A stretch of DNA of 64,000 nt from an uncultured Pelagibacteraceae bacterium. Lineage in GTDB: Bacteria; Pseudomonadota; Alphaproteobacteria; Pelagibacterales; Pelagibacteraceae. The stretch covers positions 74,438 through 138,437 of the forward strand of contig CACJQT010000001.1 of the NCBI GenBank assembly GCA_902595635.1. The letters run 5' to 3'. The notes beneath the pieces are model-generated. The model did no database searches. It had not been told where the DNA came from and was given only the letters and a program-made list of their open reading frames with translations. Shown here in pieces: positions 48,628-58,675 of the stretch. Position 1 is the first letter of the stretch; every line of letters starts with the position of its first letter. The position numbers and the translations under genes were made by a program.

Positions 48628-49644
48628 ATGAAAAGATCAACAAAAATTACAAGCATAATAATAATTTTCTTTTTAATTATAGCTACAGTGATTGTTGGTA
48701 GAACAATGATTGGAAATCATTTTAAGAAGAAATTTAGTAAAAGACCACCTCCAGGAATAATTGTTACTACAGCTGAAAATAGAGTTTTTGAAAATTTAAT
48801 AAGCACATACGGAACAGCAAGACCATTTAAAACACAATCCTATAAAATTGAGAAGTATGAAATACTTAAACCTATCAACTTTAATCAAAAAGTAAAAAAA
48901 GGGGATGTAATTGCAGAACTTAAAAATAGAAAAATTACTGCTCAGTTTGATGGAACAATTGGAAAAAGAGAATTTTCAGAAGACATCGAAGTTTCAAAAT
49001 CTTCAATCTTAGTTAATCTCGAAAATACCAGTATTATTTATTGTGATGTAGATATACCTGAAATGTTTGTACCATTTATTAAGGTTGGTTTACCTGTTGA
49101 TATAAAGTTTTCTGGATACAAAGATAAAACCTATAAAGGTGAAGTTGACTCGTTAGCTAGTCGAATTAGTGAGGATACTAGATCATTACCAACAAGGATA
49201 AAAATGGATAATACATCTGGTGAAATTTTGCCTGGCTCATTTTTAGAAATTTCAATAAAATATGACACAAGAGAAAGCTTAAGTATCCCTGATACCAGCA
49301 CAATAGTGGAAGGTGATAATATATTTATCTATAAAGTTGACGAAAAAAATAAAGTATTAAAAACAAATATTGATACCGGAGATAGATACCTGGGTTTTGT
49401 TGAAGTTTTAAATGGTCTAAAAGTTGGTGACAAAGTTGTTGCTGAGGGTACAAAAAAAGTCAGACCAAATTTAATAATAAGACCTATAAAAAAGGGTGCT
49501 AAAGTAGCTAATCAAAATAAATCTGGCTGGGGTGGAAAAAAGAAAAAAGATACTAAAGAAAACAAGAATGGTATGTTTGCGTGGTTAGAAAAATTAAATA
49601 TATTTAAAAAGTCTGACTCCGAAAAACAAGAAAATAAAAAATAA
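48628..49644 (+). CDS. RND efflux periplasmic adaptor (membrane fusion protein) lacking the alpha-hairpin
   Basis: N-terminal TM helix, VKKGDVIAEL, ITAQFDG.IG, DIPE, LPG.F and GLK.GDKVV.EG. Confidence 0.85.
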   Translation: MKRSTKITSIIIIFFLIIATVIVGRTMIGNHFKKKFSKRPPPGIIVTTAENRVFENLISTYGTARPFKTQSYKIEKYEILKPINFNQKVKKGDVIAELKNRKITAQFDGTIGKREFSEDIEVSKSSILVNLENTSIIYCDVDIPEMFVPFIKVGLPVDIKFSGYKDKTYKGEVDSLASRISEDTRSLPTRIKMDNTSGEILPGSFLEISIKYDTRESLSIPDTSTIVEGDNIFIYKVDEKNKVLKTNIDTGDRYLGFVEVLNGLKVGDKVVAEGTKKVRPNLIIRPIKKGAKVANQNKSGWGGKKKKDTKENKNGMFAWLEKLNIFKKSDSEKQENKK

Positions 49645-49651
49645 TTAATAC

Positions 49652-52600
49652 ATGTATATAACTGAAGTTAGTATTAAAAGACCTGTCGTTGCATGGGTAA
49701 TGTCAATGATACTAATTATTTTTGGAATTTTTGTATTTTGGGAATTACCTGTTAGGGAATTACCAGATGGCATTCAGCCTCCAGTGGTACAGGTACAAAC
49801 CGATTATAAATCTGCTTCAGCTGAAATTGTTGATGAAGAGATAACACAAAAAATAGAAGATGTTATAGGAGGAGCGGAAGGAATTAAGAACATTGATTCT
49901 AGTTCGCTTAATGGAAGAAGTAGAATAAATATTTATTTTAATACAGATATAGATTTAGATGATGCAGCAAATGACATAAGAGAAAGAGTATCAAGAGTTG
50001 CGGACAATTTGCCAGATCAAGCTAACCCACCTCAAATTTTGAAACAAGCAGCAGGTTTTACAACTACAATGTGGGTTGCTCTATCGTCACCAACTTGGAA
50101 TGATTTAGATTTGGGTGATTATGCAGAAAGATATCTTATAGATGCCTTTTCGAGTGTACCAAATGTTGGTAGAATTTTAGTCGGTGGATTAAGAGAGCTA
50201 AGTGTTAGAGTTTGGGTAGATCCTATCAAATTAGCAGCCAATAATCTTACTATTCAGGAAGTCGAGAGAGCATTAAGAAATGAAAATATAAATATCCCCG
50301 CTGGAACTTTAGAAGCTAGTAACAAAGATTTAACTCTTAATATTGATAAGTCTTACTCTAACATTGAAACAATCAAGCAGCTTCCTCTTAAGAAAAACAA
50401 AGATAAAGTCACAACCCTTTCTGATATTGCAAATGTTGAGCTTGGTCCAGTTTCTGAGAAAACTTTATTTAAAGCTCAAAGAAAAAATGCAGCTAATTTA
50501 AGAACAGTTGGCATTGGAATATACGCAAAAAGTGGAGCATCAACTGTCGAACTTTCAAATCAAATTAAAGAGAAAATAAACGTGTTAAATCAATCTTTAC
50601 CAGATGGTTTAAAGTTAGAAATAGCATTTAATAGAGCAACTTACGTAGGAACTGCAATACAGGAAGTTTATAAAAGTTTAATTATTGCTTTTATTTTGGT
50701 TGTAGTAATAATTTACTTGTTTTTAGGAAACCTAAAAGCTGTAATTGTACCAGCTGTAGCTTTGCCAGTAAGTTTAATTGGTTCGTTTTTAGGTTTATAT
50801 ATATTTGATCTTTCTATAAATATATTTGTTCTCCTAAGTTTTATTTTAGCAATTGGAATAATAACTGATGATTCTGTAATAATGACAGATGCAATTTATA
50901 CAAGAATTGAAAAAGGAGAAACGCCACTTGTAGCTGCTTATAAAGGCTCAAGACAAATAACATTTGCGATAATAGCTACAACTTTAATCTTAGTTGCAGT
51001 TTTTTTACCTTTAATTTTTATTGAAGGTATAGCTGGTACCTTATTTAAGGAAACTGCAATAGCACTATCTTTCTCAATTGTTGTTTCTTCGTTTGTAGCT
51101 TTAACTCTTTCACCAATGTTGGGAAGTAAATTTTTAAATAAAAAAGAAAAAATTAATTTTTTTGTAAAAAAATTCAATAATGGATTTAAATCTTTTACAG
51201 AATTTTATACCGATACCTTAAAATTTTGGATTAATAAACAGAAAACAATTTCGATATTTATAATTCTATTAATTGCAGCTTCAGTTTATTTATTTAACTT
51301 TACTAAAAAAGAATTGATACCATTAGAAGATAGAGGGGCTTATTTAATAATTGGTTCTACTGATGAAGGAAGTTCATTCGAGTACACACAAGAAAAAGCC
51401 CAAATAATTGAGGGAAGAATATTAAAATTGTTACAAGCAGAAGACAGCCCTTACCAAAGATTAATTATGAGGGTACCTGGTTTTGGTAAGTCCGCAACTT
51501 CATATAATACTTTTATTATAATTGCACTTTTAGATGAATGGAAAAATAGAGAAAAGAGTACACAAGTTGTTTTAAGAGAAGCTATTGGTCAAGTTGTTAG
51601 TGTGCCAGAAACGTTTGCGTTTCCTATATCACCTCAATCTATAAGAGTTTCTAGCTACAATAAACCAGTTCAAATGGTGATTTATGGGATAAGTTATGAA
51701 GAGTTAGAACAAATTCAAAGCCAAGTTTTAAGAGAGCTAAGAAGAAATAGAAATATGTTTAGAATTGAAAGTGATTACACAAAAAATAAACCTGAAGTAA
51801 AATTAATTACTAACAAAAATAGAGCAAATGATTTAGGAGTTTCAATAGAGAATATAGGCAGAACACTAGAAACATTATACGGTGGAAAGAGGGTTACAAC
51901 ATATAATAAAGAAGGAAGAGAATATCCCATTATTCTTCAGCAGTATTTAGCAGATAGAAGAGATAAAGATGGCTTATCAAAGATTTTTGTAAGATCTGAA
52001 ACTACAGGAAAATTAGTGTCTGTTGCAAGTTTGGTGGAATTTGAAGAGAAAGGAACTGCTGAGTCATTACCTAGATATAATAGACAAAGAGCAGTAACTA
52101 TATCGGCAGCTTTATCTGAAGAATACACATTGTCTGAAGCTATAAAATATTTAGAAGACGTAATGTTGAAAGTTGCTCCTCAAAATCAAATAACTTGGAA
52201 AGGTAAGTCTGAAGAACTAAAGGAGACTAGTAATGAAATATTTCTTATTTTTGCTTTAGCATTAATAACTGCATATTTAGTAATGGCTGCTACTTTTAAC
52301 TCGTTTGTCCATCCTTTTATTATAATATTGACTGTGCCTCTTGCAGTTTTTGGAGGTCTTGTATTCATTTTATTTCTAAATAGTTCGATAAATATATTTT
52401 CACAAATCGCCTTGATTATATTAATCGGTATATCCACTAAAAATAGTATTTTAATCGTCGACTATACTAATCAAATTCGAACAACAGGTGCAAAAATTGA
52501 GGAAGCATTGATAGAAGCTTGCAAATTAAGAATAAGACCAATCATAATGACTTCATTAAGCACCATGATTGCGATGTTGCCTCTTATAGTAGGCAACATA

Positions 52601-52780
52601 GGTCCAGGCGCAGGTGAGGCGTCTAGATTAGCAGTTGGATCAACAATCTTTGGTGGAATGATTATTTCAACATTCTTTACATTATATGTGACGCCAACTA
52701 TGTATTTAACACTAGCAAAAAATACCAAGAGAATAGATGCAGTAGATCTGGAGCTAGAAAAGCAGTTGATTAAAAAATAA
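49652..52780 (+). CDS. RND efflux transporter permease (AcrB/HAE1 family)
   Basis: 1042 aa; IKRPV, TM4 DD pair (GIITDDSV), TKNSILIVD and RIRPIIMT proton-relay motifs. Confidence 0.95.
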   Translation: MYITEVSIKRPVVAWVMSMILIIFGIFVFWELPVRELPDGIQPPVVQVQTDYKSASAEIVDEEITQKIEDVIGGAEGIKNIDSSSLNGRSRINIYFNTDIDLDDAANDIRERVSRVADNLPDQANPPQILKQAAGFTTTMWVALSSPTWNDLDLGDYAERYLIDAFSSVPNVGRILVGGLRELSVRVWVDPIKLAANNLTIQEVERALRNENINIPAGTLEASNKDLTLNIDKSYSNIETIKQLPLKKNKDKVTTLSDIANVELGPVSEKTLFKAQRKNAANLRTVGIGIYAKSGASTVELSNQIKEKINVLNQSLPDGLKLEIAFNRATYVGTAIQEVYKSLIIAFILVVVIIYLFLGNLKAVIVPAVALPVSLIGSFLGLYIFDLSINIFVLLSFILAIGIITDDSVIMTDAIYTRIEKGETPLVAAYKGSRQITFAIIATTLILVAVFLPLIFIEGIAGTLFKETAIALSFSIVVSSFVALTLSPMLGSKFLNKKEKINFFVKKFNNGFKSFTEFYTDTLKFWINKQKTISIFIILLIAASVYLFNFTKKELIPLEDRGAYLIIGSTDEGSSFEYTQEKAQIIEGRILKLLQAEDSPYQRLIMRVPGFGKSATSYNTFIIIALLDEWKNREKSTQVVLREAIGQVVSVPETFAFPISPQSIRVSSYNKPVQMVIYGISYEELEQIQSQVLRELRRNRNMFRIESDYTKNKPEVKLITNKNRANDLGVSIENIGRTLETLYGGKRVTTYNKEGREYPIILQQYLADRRDKDGLSKIFVRSETTGKLVSVASLVEFEEKGTAESLPRYNRQRAVTISAALSEEYTLSEAIKYLEDVMLKVAPQNQITWKGKSEELKETSNEIFLIFALALITAYLVMAATFNSFVHPFIIILTVPLAVFGGLVFILFLNSSINIFSQIALIILIGISTKNSILIVDYTNQIRTTGAKIEEALIEACKLRIRPIIMTSLSTMIAMLPLIVGNIGPGAGEASRLAVGSTIFGGMIISTFFTLYVTPTMYLTLAKNTKRIDAVDLELEKQLIKK

Positions 52781-53369
52781 TATATTTTCTAGTAGTCAAA
52801 GATTTACTACATTTATTAAGCTGCTTCTTGAATTTATTTGAATAACCCTCTACTTTTTTTGCCAATACTATAACTTTCTGATTGTTTTTATAATTTTTAT
52901 AATTTCCCCAGCCTTCATGATAAGCAATATATTGTCTGAAAGCATCTTTTTTTGAAACCTTTAAAATTTTTTCCGTTTTGTTTGTATACCAGCCAATAAA
53001 ATCAACACTATCTTTGAACCTAGATCTTAAAGCATATTTATTTCCAGTCTCATCTTTATATTGTTTCCAAGTACCTTTAATAGCTTGTGAGTATCCAAAT
53101 GAACTAGAAGGTCTTTTATAAGGTATAACTTTAAATAATTTTTGACGTGCAGGCTTAGCGAGCCAGTCAAAATCAGATTCCATTTTTATTATTGCTAATT
53201 GTAAGTTGATTGGTGTTCCCCACTTTTTTTCAGTTTTTTTCGCGTGTTTATACCAAAGATATCTCTCAGAAAATATTGAACAGCCATCTGCTGTATTTTG
53301 TGGTATCGATGAGCAAGCAGTTAAAAATAATAGACCAAAAAATAAAAAATACTTTCTAAAAAGAATCAC
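52770..53369 (-). CDS. Lytic transglycosylase-like (SLT fold) lipoprotein
   Basis: Lipobox LTAC, AII..ES.F, SS.GY.QA...TW and AYH.G.G motifs; GTG start. Confidence 0.8.
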   Translation of the reverse strand: MILFRKYFLFFGLLFLTACSSIPQNTADGCSIFSERYLWYKHAKKTEKKWGTPINLQLAIIKMESDFDWLAKPARQKLFKVIPYKRPSSSFGYSQAIKGTWKQYKDETGNKYALRSRFKDSVDFIGWYTNKTEKILKVSKKDAFRQYIAYHEGWGNYKNYKNNQKVIVLAKKVEGYSNKFKKQLNKCSKSLTTRKYIIF

Positions 53370-53382
53370 AGTTTAATATAAA

Positions 53383-53895
53383 TTATCTATTATTTTTTCT
53401 CCATATCCATGGATAATCAAATTCCATACTCCATAAACCTAACTTATTGTTTTTTGCATAAATTTGATCTTTAGAATATTTTTTTTTCGAATATTTTGGA
53501 TAGTCGAAGGCTAATCCATTTCTTACCATGTAAGCTGAAACACTTTCATTATTGATAAAACACTCACCTAAATACCTACCAAAATAGTCCTTTTGTGGCT
53601 CGATTAGACATTTTAATTTTTTATTTATAATTTTTTCTGAAAGAGAATTTTTTGAAATTTTTCCACAATTAATTTTTTTTTTATTTTTTAGGCAAAACTG
53701 TTGCTTCCCTTTAAATTTAGTTTCTGGAGCATCTATACCTGAAAAACGAATTTTTTTATTATCTAATAAAATTGTATCACCATCAATTATTTTAATATTA
53801 TCTGAAATTAGGATTGTTTCTGATAGTAAGTAATTTGTTGCTACAAATGTAAATAAAAATAGAAAACTAACTAACTTCAGTAGTTGCTTTTTCAT
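53383..53895 (-). CDS. Thermonuclease (staphylococcal nuclease-like), exported
   Basis: IIDGDT, IRFSGIDAPE, D.FGR, V.NG.A and GLW motifs; N-terminal hydrophobic helix. Confidence 0.9.
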   Translation of the reverse strand: MKKQLLKLVSFLFLFTFVATNYLLSETILISDNIKIIDGDTILLDNKKIRFSGIDAPETKFKGKQQFCLKNKKKINCGKISKNSLSEKIINKKLKCLIEPQKDYFGRYLGECFINNESVSAYMVRNGLAFDYPKYSKKKYSKDQIYAKNNKLGLWSMEFDYPWIWRKNNR

Positions 53896-54175
53896 TGCAT
53901 TCTTGCATTTTTTTTCTAATTTGATCTTCAGATATATTTTTATCTTTTAAATCTCCATAAAGCTTTCTATACACATCTTCATCACCTGCCTCAGCAAAAT
54001 CTGCTTTAATTACATCTTGAATATATTGATTTTTTTTTTCCTCATCATATCCAAGAATTTGTGAGGCCCACTCTCCTAAATATTTATTTTTTCTTGCATT
54101 AATTTTAAATTGTTTTTCCTCATCATGAGCAAATTTTTTTTCAAAACCTTTTTTTCTTTCATCGAATGAACTCAT
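53867..54175 (-). CDS. F1Fo-ATPase inhibitor zeta subunit (DUF1476)
   Basis: MSSFDERKKGFEKKFAHDEE..FK..AR.NK.LG.WA matches the Paracoccus zeta N-terminus; ADF.EAGD.DV..K. Confidence 0.9.
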   Translation of the reverse strand: MSSFDERKKGFEKKFAHDEEKQFKINARKNKYLGEWASQILGYDEEKKNQYIQDVIKADFAEAGDEDVYRKLYGDLKDKNISEDQIRKKMQECNEKATTEVS

Positions 54176-54543
54176 TGCAATCTACCTTTATAAATTATTT
54201 TAAAAACTAAAAACGATATAAATACACCTATTATATTACCAAACAAATCACCTAATTCAAATCCTCTTTCTGGAATTATTAAGTGCAGAATTTCTAAAAC
54301 AATAGAAATACAAATAAGATAAATAAATATATTTTTTAATTTATGTTTAAAAACAATTAATCCTAGAATTGATATAATAAAGAAAACATAAACGTGATTT
54401 GAAGATACTAAAAAATCTCTTGTTAATTGTGGTTGAATTTTACAATCACTATAAATAAAACATCCAAAAATACTACCGGGGTATAGGTAAAAAATAAATA
54501 AAACTACGTTAGACAGATAAAAAAACTGCTTTAAGTAATTCAT
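54172..54543 (-). CDS. VanZ-like small membrane protein
   Basis: H...F, E..H..IP.R.F...D..GN..G pattern. Confidence 0.75.
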   Translation of the reverse strand: MNYLKQFFYLSNVVLFIFYLYPGSIFGCFIYSDCKIQPQLTRDFLVSSNHVYVFFIISILGLIVFKHKLKNIFIYLICISIVLEILHLIIPERGFELGDLFGNIIGVFISFLVFKIIYKGRLQ

Positions 54544-54569
54544 AGTTAATCTATATTAAATTTTCACAA

Positions 54570-55280
54570 ATGAGTCACTTAATACTTGTTAGACATGGTC
54601 AAAGCGAATGGAATTTAGAAAATAAATTTACAGGATGGGTCGACGTTGAGCTCGCACCACAAGGTAAATTGGAAGCCTGTAAAGCTGGAGAGTTTATAAA
54701 AAAATTAAATTTAGAAATAAAACATTTTTATACTTCATATCAACTAAGATCGATTGATACCTTGAAGCTCATTTTAAATACGATCAGAGTAAAACCAAAT
54801 AATATAATTAAGGCCTGGCAATTAAATGAAAGGCACTATGGGTCACTTACAGGATTAAATAAAGATGAAATGAGAAAAAAATTAGGAGAAGAAGAAGTTC
54901 ACAAATTCAGAAGATCTTGGGATAATCCGCCAAAACCATTGAACACAAATAGTCCATATCATCCAAAAAATATAAGTATTTATAATGATATACCGCGTAA
55001 CTTAATTCCAGATACAGAGTCCTTAAAAGATACTTATGATAGAGTTGTGCCCTATTTTGTTGAAAACATAGAGAAAAATTTACACGATAACACAATTATA
55101 TCTGCTCATGGAAATTCTATTAGATCGCTTTTAAAATATTTATTTAAAATTGATGACAATGAAATTTCTAAACTTGAAATACCAACCGGAAATCCTCTAC
55201 TTTTGAAATTTGAAAAAAAGAATATAAAAGAAGCTAAATACCTAGATCAGAGTAGATCTAAGGATTTAATTAAATTCTAA
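54570..55280 (+). CDS. gpmA: 2,3-bisphosphoglycerate-dependent phosphoglycerate mutase
   Basis: LVRHGQSEWN..N.FTGW.D, LNERHYG, ESLKD, AHGNS.R and IPTG.P motifs. Confidence 0.96.
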   Translation: MSHLILVRHGQSEWNLENKFTGWVDVELAPQGKLEACKAGEFIKKLNLEIKHFYTSYQLRSIDTLKLILNTIRVKPNNIIKAWQLNERHYGSLTGLNKDEMRKKLGEEEVHKFRRSWDNPPKPLNTNSPYHPKNISIYNDIPRNLIPDTESLKDTYDRVVPYFVENIEKNLHDNTIISAHGNSIRSLLKYLFKIDDNEISKLEIPTGNPLLLKFEKKNIKEAKYLDQSRSKDLIKF

Positions 55281-55969
55281 CCTTTTTGAAGAAGTTTTTC
55301 GTAAATATCTTTATCTGTTAAATGAAGAAACTCAATACTACTCTCGAAACCATACAAATTTTCTTTTTTGATGTAATTATCCCAAATCTCATTCATTGAA
55401 AATATTTTTTTTGATAAATTTTTAAATATTTTTTTATTTATAATTTGACACCCTGTATAAATATAATTTTTATCATGGTTCTTTTTTAAATTATTGCCAT
55501 CCAGAGAAAAATCGCCTTTAAATCTTTTATCAAAACTTAAATCTTTTTTTACAACCATTAAAATATTTTCTAAGTTATTTTTAAAATATATATTTTCCAT
55601 CTGCTTGATTTCATTTGCATATTGAGCGTTCCAAATTGTATCAGGATTAAAAACTACGAAATCTGTTTCAGCTGAATTATTTACTATATTTAAAATACCA
55701 CCCCCTGTATCTAATATTTCCTTACCATCTTCTATGATTTGAATTTCTAAACCAAAATTATTTGAAAAAATGAAATCTTTTATTTTATCACTTAAATAGA
55801 AAGTATTAATTTTTAAAGATTTTATTTCTAATACTTTTATTAAGTTTATAGTATTTTCTAATAAGCTAATCTCATTAATTTTTAAGAGTGGTTTTGGTGT
55901 TTTCTCAGTTAATGGCATTAATCTTTTTCCAAATCCTGCACATAAAATTATTGCTGTTTTAACTCTCAT
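55277..55969 (-). CDS. murU: Nucleotidyltransferase, MurU-like (MurNAc-1-P uridylyltransferase)
   Basis: AIILCAGFGKRL.PLT...PKPL, LDTGGG and N.D motifs; next to an amgK-like gene. Confidence 0.7.
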   Translation of the reverse strand: MRVKTAIILCAGFGKRLMPLTEKTPKPLLKINEISLLENTINLIKVLEIKSLKINTFYLSDKIKDFIFSNNFGLEIQIIEDGKEILDTGGGILNIVNNSAETDFVVFNPDTIWNAQYANEIKQMENIYFKNNLENILMVVKKDLSFDKRFKGDFSLDGNNLKKNHDKNYIYTGCQIINKKIFKNLSKKIFSMNEIWDNYIKKENLYGFESSIEFLHLTDKDIYEKLLQKG

Positions 55970-56898
55970 ATTTTTTTTATTCTTGGGTTTTTTTGTAGAA
56001 AATTTTTTAAATCATGAAAATTTGTATTATTTTTGATACGATTATCGATTAATTTCCAAGTGTAAGGTATTAATTTTAGATATTTTCTTTTTTTATCTCT
56101 TTTTGCAAGTCTTGTGAATATACCAATTATTTTTAGATTTCTTAAAACAGATAAAATTTCAAAATCATTAATAAATTGAGATTCATTTTTATATTTAAAT
56201 TTACTAAGAAATACTTTTAAAATATTTGACTTAAAACTATTTGAAGTTTTAATCCTTACATCATCTATAAGTGAGGCCAAATCATATGCTGGATTGCCTA
56301 AGACAGCATCTTGACTATCTATTAAAGCGATTTTATTTTTATAAAACATCATGTTTGAGACATGAAAATCTCTATGTACAAACACTTTGTGTTTGATTTT
56401 TAAATTTAAGTACAAATTATCTATTATTTTTCTGAGATTTTTTTTTAAATATCCTTTTTGAATAATTAATTTATTTGCTGGTAAGTACCAATCCAAAAAA
56501 AGGTATGACTCTTTAAGTATTTTACCTTTTGAGTAATTTGATAAATTAAATTTTTTTTTAAGAAAATTTTGAGTTTTAAAATTTTTAATTTTTTGAATTT
56601 GATATAGAATTTTTAGTATTTTTTTGTATTCATTCAATTTATTTTTTGAGGATTTAATTTTATCCAACATGTTTTTATTGCCTAAATCTTGAATTTCTAT
56701 AAAGTTTTTTTTATAATTTTGACTAATTAAAACTGGTGCTAATATTTTATTTTTAATCAATATTTTGTTAACTGCATCATAATTTAACAAGTTTGATCGC
56801 TTTTGAATTTTGCTGTAAACTAATATTGAATTATTTGTTCTATAAAATTGTCTAAATGATGCATCTCCTGATAGTTTTTTAAATTTTTTCAAATTCAT
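55966..56898 (-). CDS. amgK: Anomeric MurNAc/GlcNAc kinase AmgK-like phosphotransferase
   Basis: GDASFRQFYR, QDLG, HRDFHVSN, ID.QDA..G..AYDLASL..D and LK..GIF.RL..RD.K motifs; start is 56898 or 56913. Confidence 0.75.
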   Translation of the reverse strand: MNLKKFKKLSGDASFRQFYRTNNSILVYSKIQKRSNLLNYDAVNKILIKNKILAPVLISQNYKKNFIEIQDLGNKNMLDKIKSSKNKLNEYKKILKILYQIQKIKNFKTQNFLKKKFNLSNYSKGKILKESYLFLDWYLPANKLIIQKGYLKKNLRKIIDNLYLNLKIKHKVFVHRDFHVSNMMFYKNKIALIDSQDAVLGNPAYDLASLIDDVRIKTSNSFKSNILKVFLSKFKYKNESQFINDFEILSVLRNLKIIGIFTRLAKRDKKRKYLKLIPYTWKLIDNRIKNNTNFHDLKNFLQKNPRIKKI

Positions 56899-57361
56899 TA
56901 AAGTCAAAATCAATATTATTAGATATAATTAAGTACCTATTTTCAAGCTTTTCATCATATTCAAATTTTAATTTAAAAGTACTTTCTATATTTTTACCTA
57001 AGATTTCAGGCCATTCAATTAATCTAGCATAATCTTCTAAGTTTTCATTAATTCCTAAATTATTTAATTCTTTTTTATCTTTAATTCTGTAAAGATCAAA
57101 ATGTCTAACAATCAAAGAATTAATCTCATATTCATTTATAATATTAAAAGTTGGACTAGGTATTTCTGTTGTTTCTAAACCATTTTTTGTTTGAAGATAA
57201 TTGATTAGATACCTAATAAATGTAGTCTTACCTACTCCGATGTTTCCATAAAAAAGCAAAGTTGTATTTTTGCTAACTTTACTTGCAATTTTTTCAGCAA
57301 TTTTTTGTGTGATAATTTCTTTTGAAATATCTATTTTGCTACTTTTAGTAGCGATAGGCAT
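56879..57361 (-). CDS. tsaE: tRNA t6A biosynthesis ATPase
   Basis: [19 protein letters not shown] and IEWPE motifs. Confidence 0.95.
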   Translation of the reverse strand: MPIATKSSKIDISKEIITQKIAEKIASKVSKNTTLLFYGNIGVGKTTFIRYLINYLQTKNGLETTEIPSPTFNIINEYEINSLIVRHFDLYRIKDKKELNNLGINENLEDYARLIEWPEILGKNIESTFKLKFEYDEKLENRYLIISNNIDFDFNEFEKI

Positions 57362-58631
57362 CTGGTTTATAAGGTCCTTCTGGTGTTACGCTTATATATT
57401 TTGCTTGATCATCTGATAATTTGGTTAATTTAGCTCCAACTTTTTCTAAATGAAGTCTGGCTACTTTCTCATCTAAATGTTTAGGTAAAACATATACCTT
57501 TTTCTCATATTTATTTGAGTTATTCCATAATTCTATCTGAGCTGTTACTTGATTTGTAAAAGAAGCACTCATTACAAAACTTGGGTGTCCTGTTGCACAT
57601 CCAAGATTAACCAATCTACCTTCTGCTAATAAAATAATTCTTTTTCCATCCGGCAATGTAATTTCGTGAACTTGTGGTTTTATTTCATCCCATTTATAAT
57701 TTTTAAGAGCATCTACTTGGATCTCATTATCAAAGTGACCAATATTGCATAGAATTGCTCTATCTTTCATTTCTCTCATATGGTCAGCTGTCACAATATC
57801 TTTATTTCCTGTTGCAGTAACAACAATGTCAGCTTCTTTTATCATCTCATCCATTAAGACTACTTCATAACCTTCCATTGCAGCTTGGAGAGCACAAATT
57901 GGATCTGTTTCTGTAACCATAACTCTTGCGCCGCTTTGACGAAGAGAAGCAGCGCTTCCCTTTCCAACATCTCCAAATCCAGCTACAATAGCTACCTTAC
58001 CTGACATCATGACGTCAGTAGCTCTTTTAATTCCATCAACTAAACTTTCTCTACAACCATATAAATTGTCGAACTTAGATTTTGTTACTGAGTCATTAAC
58101 ATTTATTGCTGGGACAAGTAAATTGCCTTCACTTTCCATTTTTTTTAATGCTAAAACTCCTGTAGTTGTCTCTTCTGATAAACCTTTAACATCATTTAAT
58201 AATTCTTTATAATCTTTGTGCATCAATGCTGTAAGATCGCCACCATCATCAAGTATCATATTTGGTTTCCAGCCATCTTTTCCTTCAATAGTTTGCTTTA
58301 CACACCACCAATATTCTTCTTCTGTTTCGCCTTTCCAAGCAAATACAGGAATGCCAGCTTTTGCAATTGCTGCTGCTGCATGGTCTTGTGTCGAAAAAAT
58401 ATTACATGAGGACCATCTTACTTCGGCTCCTAACTCAACTAAAGTTTCTATTAAGACAGCTGTTTGTATTGTCATGTGTAAACAACCAACAATCCGAGCT
58501 CCATTTAAAGGTTTTTTACCCTTATATTCTTCTCTAAGAGCCATTAATCCTGGCATTTCAGTTTCAGCCAGTGAAATTTCTTTTCTTCCAAATTCCGCTT
58601 GGGATATATCTTTTACTTTAAAATCTTCCAT
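57345..58631 (-). CDS. ahcY: Adenosylhomocysteinase
   Basis: [38 protein letters not shown] and GHPSFVMS motifs. Confidence 0.98.
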   Translation of the reverse strand: MEDFKVKDISQAEFGRKEISLAETEMPGLMALREEYKGKKPLNGARIVGCLHMTIQTAVLIETLVELGAEVRWSSCNIFSTQDHAAAAIAKAGIPVFAWKGETEEEYWWCVKQTIEGKDGWKPNMILDDGGDLTALMHKDYKELLNDVKGLSEETTTGVLALKKMESEGNLLVPAINVNDSVTKSKFDNLYGCRESLVDGIKRATDVMMSGKVAIVAGFGDVGKGSAASLRQSGARVMVTETDPICALQAAMEGYEVVLMDEMIKEADIVVTATGNKDIVTADHMREMKDRAILCNIGHFDNEIQVDALKNYKWDEIKPQVHEITLPDGKRIILLAEGRLVNLGCATGHPSFVMSASFTNQVTAQIELWNNSNKYEKKVYVLPKHLDEKVARLHLEKVGAKLTKLSDDQAKYISVTPEGPYKPDAYRY

Positions 58632-58675
58632 AGAAAGAGGCTTTTAACAATTTCACTTAATATATCAACAAAGAT

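Noticed and set aside
58216-58647. 143-aa plus-strand ORF opposite ahcY, and similar antisense ORFs (for example 10772-11146, 19493-19828, 30465-30776, 39597-39926, 42522-42842, 60452-60814)
   Set aside because: They lie wholly or largely antisense to well-supported genes and show no motifs; shadow ORFs from codon bias
58632-58675. SAH or SAM riboswitch upstream of ahcY
   Set aside because: The spacer is only 44 bp and is taken up by a promoter-like sequence
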